Positions 33,001 to 44,200 of a stretch of 64,000 nt of DNA are shown here, piece by piece. A program made the translations under genes and the position numbers. Position 1 is the first letter of the stretch. Each line of letters opens with the position of its first letter. Under the pieces are notes generated by a model. The model did no database searches. It saw only the letters and a list, made by a program, of their open reading frames with translations, and was not told the DNA's origin. The stretch is from a virus: IMG/VR virus record IMGVR_UViG_3300020413_000006, positions 11,496 through 75,495 of that record. The stretch is one strand, 5' to 3'.

Positions 33001-33748
33001 CTGCACCAGGTGCTGAGAAATTTGTGCTTCCTATAGCATTATCATATAACGTTGCGTCTTCATCAGCAGTTATAATTCTTTCTTCTACCTTTAAACCAAC
33101 TTTGTAAGATGGACTTGTACCATACTGATCTAATATAAGAGTTTGTTCTGCAACTGTTACAAAGTAACCTCTAACAAAATAAACACCATTACCAATATTA
33201 GCAGTAGAACCTCTAGAGTTTGAACTAGAATTTAACAACTGTGCCATGGGTGTTCCAGCAGCAATAGTTGTAGTGGAATATGTTATATCCTCTTCACATG
33301 TAAATGTCTCTCCATCAGTAAATGTACTTGTTACATTGTCTGATGCTTTTTCTAAGTAATTAACATAGAAAGTAATATTATTTCTAGTAGATGTTGTCGC
33401 ACTAATTGAAAATAGAATACGTGCACGTACACCTGATGTAGAACCTTTTATAATTTTACCATCAAGAGCAGTACGATAATTTTCTACATCAAGGTTAAGA
33501 TAACTGTTCTGGATAAGAAGACAAGGAACATCATTGTTCAATGTAATTCCACCAGGCACCACCATGGAACCTTCTTTGTATACTCCTTGACCAAACGTGT
33601 CAATTTGATTCTGCAGCAAACTCTGCAAAGTAGTTAGTTCTCTTGCCTGTACTGGATAACCAGGTTTGAACAATACTTTTAGGAACCCTTTTGCCGAATC
33701 AAAGTCGTCATAATAGGGAGCTATATTCAGATTAGTATTCTGTGCCAT
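27065..33748 (-). CDS. VrlC-like / DUF4815 virion structural protein (2227 aa)
   Basis: N-terminus 'NLNIAPYYDDFD..K.F.KVLFKPGYPVQARELT.LQS.LQNQI', plus RFKNGFIVDNF and DPLAQTF; located after gp8. Confidence 0.85.
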   Translation of the reverse strand: MAQNTNLNIAPYYDDFDSAKGFLKVLFKPGYPVQARELTTLQSLLQNQIDTFGQGVYKEGSMVVPGGITLNNDVPCLLIQNSYLNLDVENYRTALDGKIIKGSTSGVRARILFSISATTSTRNNITFYVNYLEKASDNVTSTFTDGETFTCEEDITYSTTTIAAGTPMAQLLNSSSNSRGSTANIGNGVYFVRGYFVTVAEQTLILDQYGTSPSYKVGLKVEERIITADEDATLYDNAIGSTNFSAPGADRFKINLTLVKKVVSAPNSADFIELLRTNIGKIEKKVERSDLSFINDILATRTKEESGNYYVKKFKLDARESLDDGFNNGVYAATDTTSAGTTPSEENVAIQLSSGCAYVQGYRTERISTTYKEIDKPRTFETELNQSLTSDFGNYILTTNQHQAPTLYETIELRDALTATPGTPAGTVIGQARAINFSYESGAINNQSSVYRTNVIDTQFYVKIVATGSVTWTAGNLLYGATSGAVGFVVSGSGTTGYLYETNGEFVAGEVLKTNNAQGSTFATIASGGVRKYGFGDVKSYAFNSGGGTADAVLDVKVALPGSGPIVSGISGSGASQTATITSTLSNFASQLRIGDVIEFSNANLAHKCKVTAVTNNFTFTIQKVEAGAGALTNSALTSPIIRTRPEIKEANKKKLLTPLGFAAVKNTNNNNTQNPAGYYRISVSTTVNGSGEASANAGAGLLWKNGGDNDDFQVIITSGTGDGDILSSGNGFSISGTSANTQTIALTGLSNGGGNITITGTVYSSDRSAKAKTTERMKVLKIDDTTGSAVNNLTTVAGGFGSRVDDSSISLGTADVFKVKAVFESKNGSDPVIPNFQYTNLLGTLAIDDVIEGDSSGSRARIVSTTSNYIYYVPVEDDVFTAGETITAPTATLKITGSVDSGSTNITSTYDLDDGQRDQYYDYSRIVRKPGFAAPTHKILIIFDRFLTTNGSSPYTVDSYPTSEYKIIPKYESDKLRDMIDYRPIVPEKLTGTGSQASPYTLSQTKFFDFANRAFTGNLTGLPGIGDTTILSLQYYLPRVDKVYMSKDSVIQIVKGAPSTRPQAPEDVEDAMLLATVQYSAYVFDIDEDVTIEETNYKRYTFRDIQYLEDRIKTLEYYTQLSLLESETASMEIRDVSGLSRFKNGFIVDNFASLATADTLHPDYRVSTDFEQGYVRPAHYTTQVPLTYSTASQNVTQTDDIITLPYTSSVLIDQPYASAVENVNPFNVFTYVGDIELYPESDNWVDTTSLNPIQGPVTEGNFLTTVREFNADQNGFSPIQWNSWKTTWTGTSTTQNVGAWRGGGGKGRQQQRRTVTTTATTTTKQTRTGIRYRVTPVVEQQSLGSRVVSVEHIQFMRSRNIEFTCQKLKPRTKFFAFFDGIALPKKLVTPKIMGVIKDPSTDAQTNNIPFQIGETVHVKKGNGKFRFKARVSSPNDVFSINPLDGTDISATADYTSNLAFINVDTKSLADQAKGTYYGSPKLNDYLVGETSGAVAKVSNKDMVTDKQGNLRGSFFIDAPNTAGNLKFKTGTKLFRLSDSASNSKVVGISDSNGEAEFESSGILQTTQETIISVRNAKITSEDQYDSRTLTSVTETSAEETRWTDPLAQTFLIEDSNLEGGVFLTKIDLFFQQKDAEIPVAIDIRTVENGTPTQTVLPFSKVVKQAADVFTSTDASVPTTFTFKAPVFIPYRSEHSMVVTSDSNQFKVFISLLGKDAIDAAHQGEKISEQPYIGVLFKSQNASTWTPSQFEDLMFKMYRAEFTLPTTAAPSKLILENAQLGEQNGGYLNLATNTLKTTSGSDEIRVFHGNHGMQSALNYVKVTGVTSEVADTSINMSGNFTTTGTTLTVADASQFHTTIGGSAVSSSNLGFIKILGTAEDGSGDEILAYEGISGNDITINSAGRNHNGTSGSGTGLAHADNAVVQCYNFDGIPLTLVNTTHNSTTGGLISINSPHSYHLKITNKTATTGITGGGSNITVSQNVPWDAITPQIQSQLEPKTSMVTRLLGTSGTSCGPFPSGASAETSFTKDTTYIDVTVGEENYFGATKVVANELNEINRMNSTKSLTMELNLSSEVSHLSPVVDLTRCSVITHANQYNNIEPTTGIGGECAGNYITKVARLEKSATGLKVMLAANTFTQSKIVVMYKLVPVGYTGNLDELEFRFFNSTGVPDNGSLVPQNDLTTFTDYEYSIEDTDEFDAFQVKISLLSYNQPYIPRVKDFRGIALA

Positions 33749-35263
33749 TTAGAATTCAATTACTACTTTGAGCTCTTCGTTTTGGTCTGCCGAACGAGTG
33801 ATCGGGATACGATTATCTATGTAAAGTATTTCACCTGAGTTTAACTCAACTTCTTCGTTGGCATAACCAGCGACGAATGATAAACCTAATTCATAAACAG
33901 ATACACCTATAGTTATCTGTGATAATGGAACGGATGATGTTCCAAATGTTGAATCTGGAGTTGCTGTATAGTTATTTGTTCCTGATGTAATTTGATAATT
34001 ACCAGAGAACGCTATAACGTTTCCATTTACAGTACCATCAGTAACATCCTGATAATACTTCAATACTTTAGTTATGGAGTCATAAGAAACTACGAATCCT
34101 TTTGCACCAGTGGTTGCTTGTGTGATAGTTTCGCCAGTTGCAAAATTACCACTAGGTGCTCCAGAACCTGTTTGTGGGAATATCAATGCTTTAACAGCAG
34201 ATCTAGTATTCTGACTACAAACAGTTGTAGTGTTGTAATCAGTTGGATTTAATACAAGACCAACTCTTCTATAAGTTAAATCATTAGGAAAATCAACGAA
34301 TGCACTAGTTGTTTCTAACTTACTGGCAAACATTAAACGATATGCACCTAATTCTCTTACAGCATCATAACCATGTCCATTGTTAGGAGGAAGTACAACA
34401 TCAAGATCTGCACCAGTACCATTACCAATATTAGGAATAAGACTAACATCAATAGATGCAAAACTATATCCAGATCCTGCCTGTGTAATGGTTACTGTAG
34501 AAACAGAACCAGAAACAACAGTTATAGTACATAGTGCCTGTGTACCACCATTTATTTCATAATCACCACGGATAGGAACATTGGTATAAGTACCATTGTT
34601 ATATCCAGCACCAGCATTCTCAACAACAACAGTATCAATAGATCCTGCGTTTGCAGCAGACTGTACAAGACTGTTTGATAACACTGGAATAAACTCAGAT
34701 GTAACAAACTTTAGAATGTTATCAGCGTCAATAGTATAAAGATACTTCCAACGATAAGAGTAAACGCCAGGACTATCAGATGTTTCAATAATAGTGCTTG
34801 AAGTTCCAGTGGGTTCTACCAAAGAGGGACGTCCTCTTGGGTATGTTGGTGTCTGCCCATTATAAAGACACTTATAAACATTGAAACTACTATTCATTAC
34901 ATAGAAGTTACTATCATATAATCTAGATGCACCATTAGCAGTTGTTTTTGTTGGTGCATAATCTGGTTTGTACATTGAATATGTACGTCCTATTCCACCA
35001 GTTGTGTTAGTAGGATCTATCCAATCAACTCTAGGAACTACTAATGCAGTATCAGATACATCAACACGTTTAAAAGCAACAGAGTCACCATAAGATGTTC
35101 TTGCATACTCAAAACTATCAATAGGTTCTCCTGTAGGAGGTACGTCTGAACTACCCCAAGATTTTGCTCTACCTACAAACATGTAAACTTTATTTGTCGC
35201 AGTTAAAGTATTCCTAAAGCTCTCTGCAGCGTATATTCTAAATTTGTCTGTAACTAATGCCAT
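33749..35263 (-). CDS. gp8: Baseplate wedge subunit gp8
   Basis: YMFVGR..W, NFYVMN..FNVYKCL.N, YRWKYLYTI and the C-terminal SGEILYIDNR.PITRS.DQ.E..KVVIEF. Confidence 0.9.
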   Translation of the reverse strand: MALVTDKFRIYAAESFRNTLTATNKVYMFVGRAKSWGSSDVPPTGEPIDSFEYARTSYGDSVAFKRVDVSDTALVVPRVDWIDPTNTTGGIGRTYSMYKPDYAPTKTTANGASRLYDSNFYVMNSSFNVYKCLYNGQTPTYPRGRPSLVEPTGTSSTIIETSDSPGVYSYRWKYLYTIDADNILKFVTSEFIPVLSNSLVQSAANAGSIDTVVVENAGAGYNNGTYTNVPIRGDYEINGGTQALCTITVVSGSVSTVTITQAGSGYSFASIDVSLIPNIGNGTGADLDVVLPPNNGHGYDAVRELGAYRLMFASKLETTSAFVDFPNDLTYRRVGLVLNPTDYNTTTVCSQNTRSAVKALIFPQTGSGAPSGNFATGETITQATTGAKGFVVSYDSITKVLKYYQDVTDGTVNGNVIAFSGNYQITSGTNNYTATPDSTFGTSSVPLSQITIGVSVYELGLSFVAGYANEEVELNSGEILYIDNRIPITRSADQNEELKVVIEF

Positions 35264-35284
35264 CGCAATATAAGCTTTATTGGT

Positions 35285-35292
35285 TATTTATA
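35285..35292 (-). promoter_or_regulatory. T4-type late promoter TATAAATA
   Basis: Exact consensus about 22 nt upstream of the gp8 ATG. Confidence 0.75.
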
Positions 35293-38200
35293 AGGATCTT
35301 AGACGAACTTCTGGGAGAAGACTCACGTTTCCGCTTGTTGTCCTAGAGAATGGGAACTCAACTGTAAATGTAGTCGCTCCTGTGACGGTAACTATGTAGG
35401 TTCCGTCAAAACCTGTTCCACTTGTAAAGTCTAGATAAATTGTCTGACCTGTAGAGAAGAAATGATTACTTGATGTTGTTACTGTACACGCAGTTCCACT
35501 AGAACTATAAGTTCCTGTTATCACAGCATGTTCTGCAGCAGTTGTTCCTAGATAACCCCTACCACCAGTTGCAACTGTTAAGGTATTACCAGAAACATCT
35601 TTTGCACCAAATAAAATTCTTTCCGCATTCCATCTGTTTGGAGTAACAGTTGTATCATAGAATGGTATTAATACCTCACCCTCATCTGGGAAACCATTCT
35701 TCTGTGAGGAATTGTACCAAACATTTTTAAGATTGATAGTAGTTCCAGATTGAGAAAGTGTTGAGGTTAAGTAAGAGTTGGCAAGATTCTTAGAATTAGA
35801 AATAATTCTATTTCTTTGTTTTCTTTCAATCGCCATAGGATGAGTTGGATTTACTGTAGGAGTTCCTTGAGTATATCCTGCACCACCATTCAAATTGATA
35901 ACGTCAAGAACTTTACCACTACCTTGCTCAATAACAGTTTCTGCAAATGCACCTTCACCTCCACCACCTGTAAATACAAGGATTGGTGGAACTTCATAGT
36001 TTGAACCAGGATCAGTGATATTAACCTGAGTTACCACACCATTTACAACTGTTGCAACAAATACTGCAGTTGTTGGTTTCAAACCAGTATATTCATAACT
36101 ATCAATCGTGATAGAACTAGAAATTTTAGCGATTGATCTATCAGAACCTTCACTTGCAATTTGCAATCTATCTCCTATATCAAGAGCATTGAATGTATTA
36201 CTAATTAATACGTCAGCAGAAGAACCTGTGAAGATAAACATATTACATGTTGACCCTGCTCTAGGTGCTTCACTAAACTCGATAATAGAACCAGTTAATG
36301 AATATGCAACGCCAGGTTCCTGATATATTCCATTAAGGAATATTAGTAGATTGTTCTGTGCCTCTACTGATGGATTATCCGATTCTAATGAGAATGGTTC
36401 TGTCTCACTCTTCATAACAAAAGTTTTCTTAGAACTATCAAAGAATGGTGCAATCTCATCAAGTAAAGTTAACTTACCAAGATAGAATCCATAGAAGTCC
36501 ATACCTGGTACTGGTGGTTCATTAAAGGTTAATGTGCTTCCTGTGTATGTGTATGACTCTGTTGTACCTTTAACTTGGAAAGTACTATTCAAGAATATTA
36601 AGAAGTTATCACTTGCTGGTAGTACTTGTGTACTACCGCCTACCTGTGCAGTAAATGTTGTATCAGTACCGTCAAATGTTACTGTATCAACTCCAATTTG
36701 GAAGTATGGTTGAGATGCAGAAGTCCTAGTAATACCAGATAAATCCCCAGTCGTACCAACGTTCATAGTTATTGTTGTCGTATCTACAGAAGTTAGATTT
36801 ATTGCAGTGTCATAGAATGGGTCAGTTGATCTTGGATATGTATGGTTAGTAGCATAGTTGTCACGTGCACATGTAAATGTCAATGAGTTAGCAGCGATCT
36901 TAATACTTGTTCCTGCAGTCAAACCGTGACCAGAACCAATAGTTAATACTAGTACACCTGTACTAGGTACATAACTCGCATCAGTCACATTATGATTGAC
37001 TATAGGTGATGCTCCAACGTTGACTGTGATAGTATTAGTGGATGTGTTTGTAATAGTAATAGTTTGTCCAGATACAGGGTCAGTAGATCTTGGATAAGTC
37101 TTCGTTGCTGTATTTCCGTCCATAGCACATGTAAAGGACAGTGCATTGTCAGCTATGGTGAGTGTGTTAGATGTTGATAGACCGTGACCATTAGAGGTAA
37201 TTACCATATTACCTGATGATGGAGTATATGCTACGTTTGTTACTGGATTTGGTAAGTTACCAACGTTACTTGTAACACCGTTTGCTACAGCAGATACGAA
37301 TGTATGTGCATAGTTACCACCTGACTGGACTGCATTACTTGCTGTACCGCCCGCCCATTGGTGAGTTCCAGAACCAACAGCTGTAGTAACTATATTCCAT
37401 AGAGTGCTTATAGTGGATGCTACGTCTATACAACACGCAGTTGAGTATGATGTGCTTCCAGAGTCGTTACTGATTGTATTGTCTTTTATTTGTGTACCGA
37501 CTGTGTAACTATTTGTAGTAACAGTAAGGTTACGCATAACCTCACGACATATATCTCTAGCGTGATTGAATACTTGTATAGACTCTGCTTCTTCATCTGC
37601 TAGGTGAACTGTAGAAACATAGAGACTTGCTGCATCATATGTTGCATCGTTTCCACCAAACTCTACGTTGTCAGAAACAGCATCAATAAGGATCTTAGTA
37701 TCACGAATACACTTAACTTGATAACTGCTAGAGAATCCCGCATTGTTTGCCATCATTCTGCCATATGCAGTAGTAGCAATGAATTCCTGATTAGTTCTCA
37801 TTAATGATGCAGCGTCAGCACCTTTGCTATATGCATAGACACCGTATGATACAACTGCTCTTGTGACAGCTGTAGAAGTGGCACTCACAAAAGTATGAGT
37901 TGATGTATCAGATGATACACCGACATAAACAGTGAATGTATCATTTGTTACTTCATCAATTGTTAACCAAGCACCCTCTGCTGGATCTCCAACTCTAGGA
38001 TAGGTATGGTTTGTAGAATTATTATCTAAACCACAGGTAAATGTAAGAGAGTTATTTGCAAACTGTATTCTATCACCTTTAATCATTCCGTGAGAAGTTT
38101 TAGTCAATACCATCTTCCCATCAACAGGTGTGTAAGTGATACCAGTTGGTTGGAACTGATAAGTTGATAACCCAACCCATGTATGTGCGTCTGTGTTGGT

Positions 38201-41200
38201 AGGAGCAGTTCCGTTTAATGCATTGACTTCAATAGTAGTAGTTGCAATTGCCTCAACAGGTATATCTCTCATCTTACCTTGTGTACCCAGTGGGTCAGTA
38301 GCACGAGGATATGATGCAGTACCACCACCGTTGTAACCACAACTAAACTGTAATGATTCGTTTGCAATTCTAACTGTAGATACTGCCTTCTTAATACCGT
38401 TTGATACTGCTGATACAAATGTATGTGGATCAACGTTAGTGGAAGGGATAGTATCAAGAATCTGTACAGTGAATGTATTTGCAGTTACGTCAAATACTTG
38501 CAACCATCTATCAGAAGCGTAGTCAGTAGAACGAGGATATGCCTTCTCTGCAGCAGCACCAGTAGCACCACCAAATCCACAACTGAATGTTATAGAACTA
38601 TCTGCAAATTTAACTTGATCGCCATTTACAAACCCATGACTGTTAATAGTTACTACCATCAAACCTGTATTAGGATCGTATGTTGCTGTGGATGCTGTGT
38701 GAGTTGTTGGTGCCAATAAACCGTGACCAGAACCAATAGTCAATACCATGGATCCTGTAGCAGGATCATATGTTCCATTTGTAGGAATGAAATGCTTGAC
38801 TAATTGTTCTCCAACACGAGCATCGGAAATACCAAGTACATCATTAGATGTGTATCCATTTCCTGCAGCATTTAGTACAACGTTACTAACCGAACCATTA
38901 GTGACTGTAATATCAGCAGTACCACCTGTACCACTTCCAAGATTGTTCTTGAGTGGTACATTTGTATAAGTTCCATCGCTATATCCAGAACCAGGTGTCA
39001 ATCCATTAGTTACATCAAATGCTTTGAGTTCATCTCCTATCTGATCTAACTGGAAACTACCTGAGTAAGTCTGACGATCATAGTACATCGCTAAAACTTC
39101 AGTTCCGTCTAGAGGAGGTGTAAGGAACGTTATTGAATTATTAGCAAATGTATAAGTTGCTGGATTTGTAACTAAACCATTAGTTATTACAAGTAATTGT
39201 GACTTTGCAGCAGTCTTACCAATCTGAGTACCAATAGCAATACCATTTGTTCTGAGTAAGAATGTATCGTTAACACCATCAATATACATTCTGATTGTGT
39301 GTCCAACACCAGTTCCTACTGCAGTCAGATCAATAGCATTTCCTCCCTCAGTTGTTGCAAGTTCTATATTATTTGCATCAACATATTTCACATAATATGT
39401 TCCGTTGTTTGATATTCCACCTATTGCAGTTCCAGTTCTATTATTTGGATAATTTCCTGTGTTTGAGGTAGGAAGAGTTGATGGATTGTCAATACCGTTT
39501 GTAATAATACCAGATAATGTGGTTATTGCAGATTTAACGTCTGTACACCCTCCAGAATCGGTTGTAATGCTTAAATCAGTTGTTGGGACTATGGTTGTAT
39601 ATGTACCAGCTGGTAAACTGTTTGTTACTGCTAGATTACATAAGTCTCTTGCCTTATTAAATGCAAATATTGTCTCAGTCTCTTCACCAGCAATGTGTGC
39701 AATGTAGTTTGCTGGATTTGTCCTTGTGACAGTTGATAAACTGTCTGAGCTTATCGCAGTTGTCACGATATTGAACAAAGTATCCATAGCACTATCTACA
39801 GTTGCACATATCGCTGCATCAAACGTTACACCAGTGTTCTTAACTTGAGTGTATCCATGGTTTCCTGTGATTGTAATATCTTGATTGATTATAATAGATG
39901 CTGCTAGTTCTTTTGCTTTATTAAACGCCCATATTGCCTGTGTCTCTTCATTGTCTAGGTGTACAGTGTTAACGTATAAATTTGCTGCATCCCATACCTC
40001 ACTATTTGCACCATATGTTAAATTGTATGCGATTGCTTCAACAACATCTACAATATCGTCAATACAGTTCTGATCACCGCCAGGTACACCAGCAAAACCT
40101 GATGGAATACCAACTGTTCCATCTTGTAACATTTGATACACTGCTTCAGCAGCAATTAGATTCTTATTATCTTTAAGTAAATTTCCAGCATCAATATATG
40201 CGTTACCTTGACTAACAACACCACCAACATATGAGTTAGTTGCTGCTAGTGTAAAGTAATTACCACCATACTTGAGATCGTTTGCCCAAGCAGCGATTAC
40301 AAGTCTAGTATCTCTAGCACATGTCGCTCCACTGTAATTAAGTGATGGATACGCTGCATTTAAAGCTCCGATAGTCTCTTCAACAATATGATCAATGTTA
40401 GCAATGATCAAATCTCTAGCATCTTGGAATCTATCTCCACCAGCTTTGTAAGTTACACGTTGACCTTCAAGTAAACCGTGGTTTGTAAGTGTAAGTCTAT
40501 TATTTGATACATCTACAATGCTAGAGGATGACGCATCAAAAGTAATTGATCTATCACTAATGTCATCAATCTTATAAACGATACATGATAGGATTTTTTG
40601 AATATCTAATAGTTGTCTACCAAATACTGATACCTCTGTAGGAACTGCTGCAGTGTAATCTGGTTTTGCTAGTGCAAAGTTATTGATTACAGATAACTTA
40701 CCAGTATTCCTTGCAGATGGTTTGGGCGTAACAAATGTTGTACCATTAAATGTAGTTCCTATACTATTTGTTGTTGATTGCCACCAGTCAGTATCATTAC
40801 CAGCACTTAAATTAAGGTTTGGTCTAGATCTATAGTCCTTCTTGACTGATTGTGATAGTACTTGTGTACCAACTACCTTAAATCCTGCAGGATGTGCAGC
40901 AAACTTAAGTGGATTCTTCCAATCGTTGATGTTTATTGAAGATGATACGTCATATGAGAATTCTTGGAATCTATTACTGTCATAAACACGTTGTTCATTA
41001 AGATCAAGGAATCCAGTGGTTCTTTCCCAACCAGACGCACTAATACTGATAGGAGAAACGTCAAAGACTGCATCTGCTCTGGTAAATGTATGAATTTGAC
41101 CAAATGCTGCAGTCTCTTCACCAAATACAGGTTCACCAATCTTAAACTCACCTTCTATAATCTCTACACTAACAACACGACCAGAGGCATCCCAGTTCTT

Positions 41201-44200
41201 AACAAATCCATATGCAGTAAAGGAAGATGTTGATGCACCTTGATAAATTCTTTCTCCGATAGAGAAAGTTGCTGGTTTCATATATGCATTGATAACATCA
41301 CCAAGGTCAATAGTTTCTAAAGTGAAAGCAGTCTGCCCTGTTGATATATCTCCTACAGGAGCACTAGTAAAGTTAATGAATGTTTCTGTATTTGCATTTG
41401 CAAGAGATGATGCTAATCTAATTTGGTTATCTGCTAATCCATTTGCTGTAGTTGCTGCAATGGCATAGTAAACAGTATTAGTTGCTAATGGTTCTGGGAA
41501 CTGTCCAGTAGTCTCTATAAGAGTTACTTGTGTACCTGAGGGTATCTTTGCATTATATGGGAAGTTCAATGTGCTGCTAGATTGTAATCCAACAAAACTA
41601 TGACTCACTTTTGCAGTTACAGTAGGTGCAGATGTAAATCCTCTACCAGGATTCTCAACAGTTACTGCCTGTATTACTTCATTCTCAATAATAGGTTTTA
41701 ATGCAAATAAAGAACCTTGTCCACCAGTAAGTACGATTTCTGGTTGAGATACAAAGTTTGAACCACCATTCACAACGTCAATGTAATCAATAACCTGAGT
41801 TCTAATCAACTGTAAGTTATATGTTGTGTTTAGCGATGGTTTAAGTGTTCTATCATGTGAATAGTTGTATGTGATATTATCACCACTAATCTTAAGTATT
41901 TTTCCAAGGTCTGAAGATTTAAGTAATATAGATGCACCAGTTCCAGTTTTTTGTTCAATGTTGATAACAGGAGCACTTTGATATTGTATACCAGCTGCTT
42001 CTATACCAATAGATGTAACACTCTGGTTTTGTATTGTTGCATTCAATACAGCATTAATTCCATTACCACCACTTACTGATATTGTTGGAGCAGATAAAAA
42101 TCCAGAACCTCCATTAGTAACTGTTACGGTGTCAATAGATGCATTGATAATAGTTGATATGGTTGCAGGATCAGCATGTGATAGTGTTTGAATTGTTATA
42201 GTAAAGTCTTCTGTACTATCACCGCCTGGTAACTTTGTACCATCAAAAGTAATTACATCACCTAGTGAATATGTACTACCGCCACCAGTAACAGATACTG
42301 TGTCTATTCTTCCATTACCATCTGTTGTAAATGTAAATGTTGCTCCAGATCCACCAACGGGTGAAACAGTGGACTGTGTTACTCCAGTGGTTGTTGTAGT
42401 TGCAGTAAATGTTCCGTTACCCGCAGGTTGAGACGTAAGTGAGACAGTTGCGACAGATCCATAGTAAGGATCGTCAAATACGACACTTGGTGCGGATCTG
42501 TAATTACTACCCGCATTTGTAACTGTCACAGAACTTAATTTACCACCCCCGCTTACAGCAGTGGCAACGATTGCTTGAGTTCCACTTATCGCTTGTATAG
42601 AACCTTGAGAGTCAGAACTGTATACATTATTGGTTGCAGCAGTTCCAGTACTGAACATGATGTAACCTTTATTACCAGCACCAGTTCTAGTGTTCTGTAA
42701 TGGTTTTATTCTTAATACAGAGTTAACTGGGTTCCATGATATTACTTGAGCTCTTGCAGTTTGATTTCCTTGAGTTTCTTGAGATATAACGATCTCATTA
42801 GGTACGAATGAACCAAATACGTTTTGAAGCGTTAAATCAACAAAATCAGGTAACGTTACAACACCGTTAGGTAAAGATGAAGGATTATAACCAGATCCAT
42901 CATTTGTAATTGATACACTAGATAATATTCCAGATATAGTTGCTACAGCAGTAGCACCAGAACCAGATCTTGTAGTTCCGTTGAATTTAGGTAAAGATGA
43001 GTAGTTTCTGCCAGGATCACCAACTGTAATTGTTTTTATACCACCTGTAGCATATATTGAGTTTGAAGCATATGATACGCCAACAGTATACCCTGCTTCT
43101 GGTTCTAGAGCAGTAATGTACTTAAACGTGGTATCTGTCTTTTCTGTAACCGTGTTTGTTCCAATTACAGGATCATTAATAGTTGTAAAGTAACTACCAG
43201 TTATTGCTCCCTGTAAATCGAAATAATAGAAAATACCAGGCAATCCTGTTATCTTAATCGTAATAGAGTTCTGTTCACTGGTTACAGAGTCTAATACTTC
43301 ACTAGTAACGTTTTTATAAGTGAATATGTCTGTATTTGCTGGATCAAAGGTAAATGCTAACTTTTTACCCGCATTACTACTATCTGTAGTATCAAAGGTG
43401 TATGAGTGACCATCTATCAACTGTAACTTAGCTTCTTGAACATAAACTTCCGCAGTTGTGACATTTGCAGCTGCAGGAGTTGCAAAATTACTCTTTATCG
43501 TAAATCTACGTAAAGTTTCTGTTCTAATAACTGTATAGTCTGTCTTATTGTAAGACGTAGGTGAGACACCTGAGATATTGACTGTATCACCGATATTGAC
43601 TTGATGTGCAAGATTCGTATGACATACTGCTTCTCTTTGTGTTTGTGTAAGTGTAATACTGAAACTAGAACCTCCTGCATTACCAAGGTTGATGTCTGCA
43701 GCAGATATTGTATCTCCTACGTTATATCCAGTTCCTGTTGAAGTAATCGTTACTGCAGTTACCGCATTTCCAGAAACAACAATAGTTGCTTGTCCACCAA
43801 TACCAGATCCACTAGTTGTTATAGGTACGTTGACATATGTGCCATTTGCGTAACCAGATCCACCAGTAATACTATTCCAACCACCTTGATATAGATTTCC
43901 ATCTGTACGTGTTCTTACATACGTCCATGTTAAGGTTCCGTCTGTTACAGTTCCAGAAGTGTGTGTAGGTGCATTTCCAGAACTAGAATCCGATGTTCCT
44001 GTATCTGCTGCTTTATAAACTCTGTTATCTACGTAAACAAGATCCTCTTTGTTGTACGCAGTACTCATTGTCCACGCAGAAAGAAGTTTTAAGCTCTGTA
44101 AGTCGAAATATTTGAAATGATACTTATTACTGATAATCTTACTGAATAGAGTTCTGGTATTTGCGTTATCAGTCACATCAACTGTAACTTGATCACCCAC

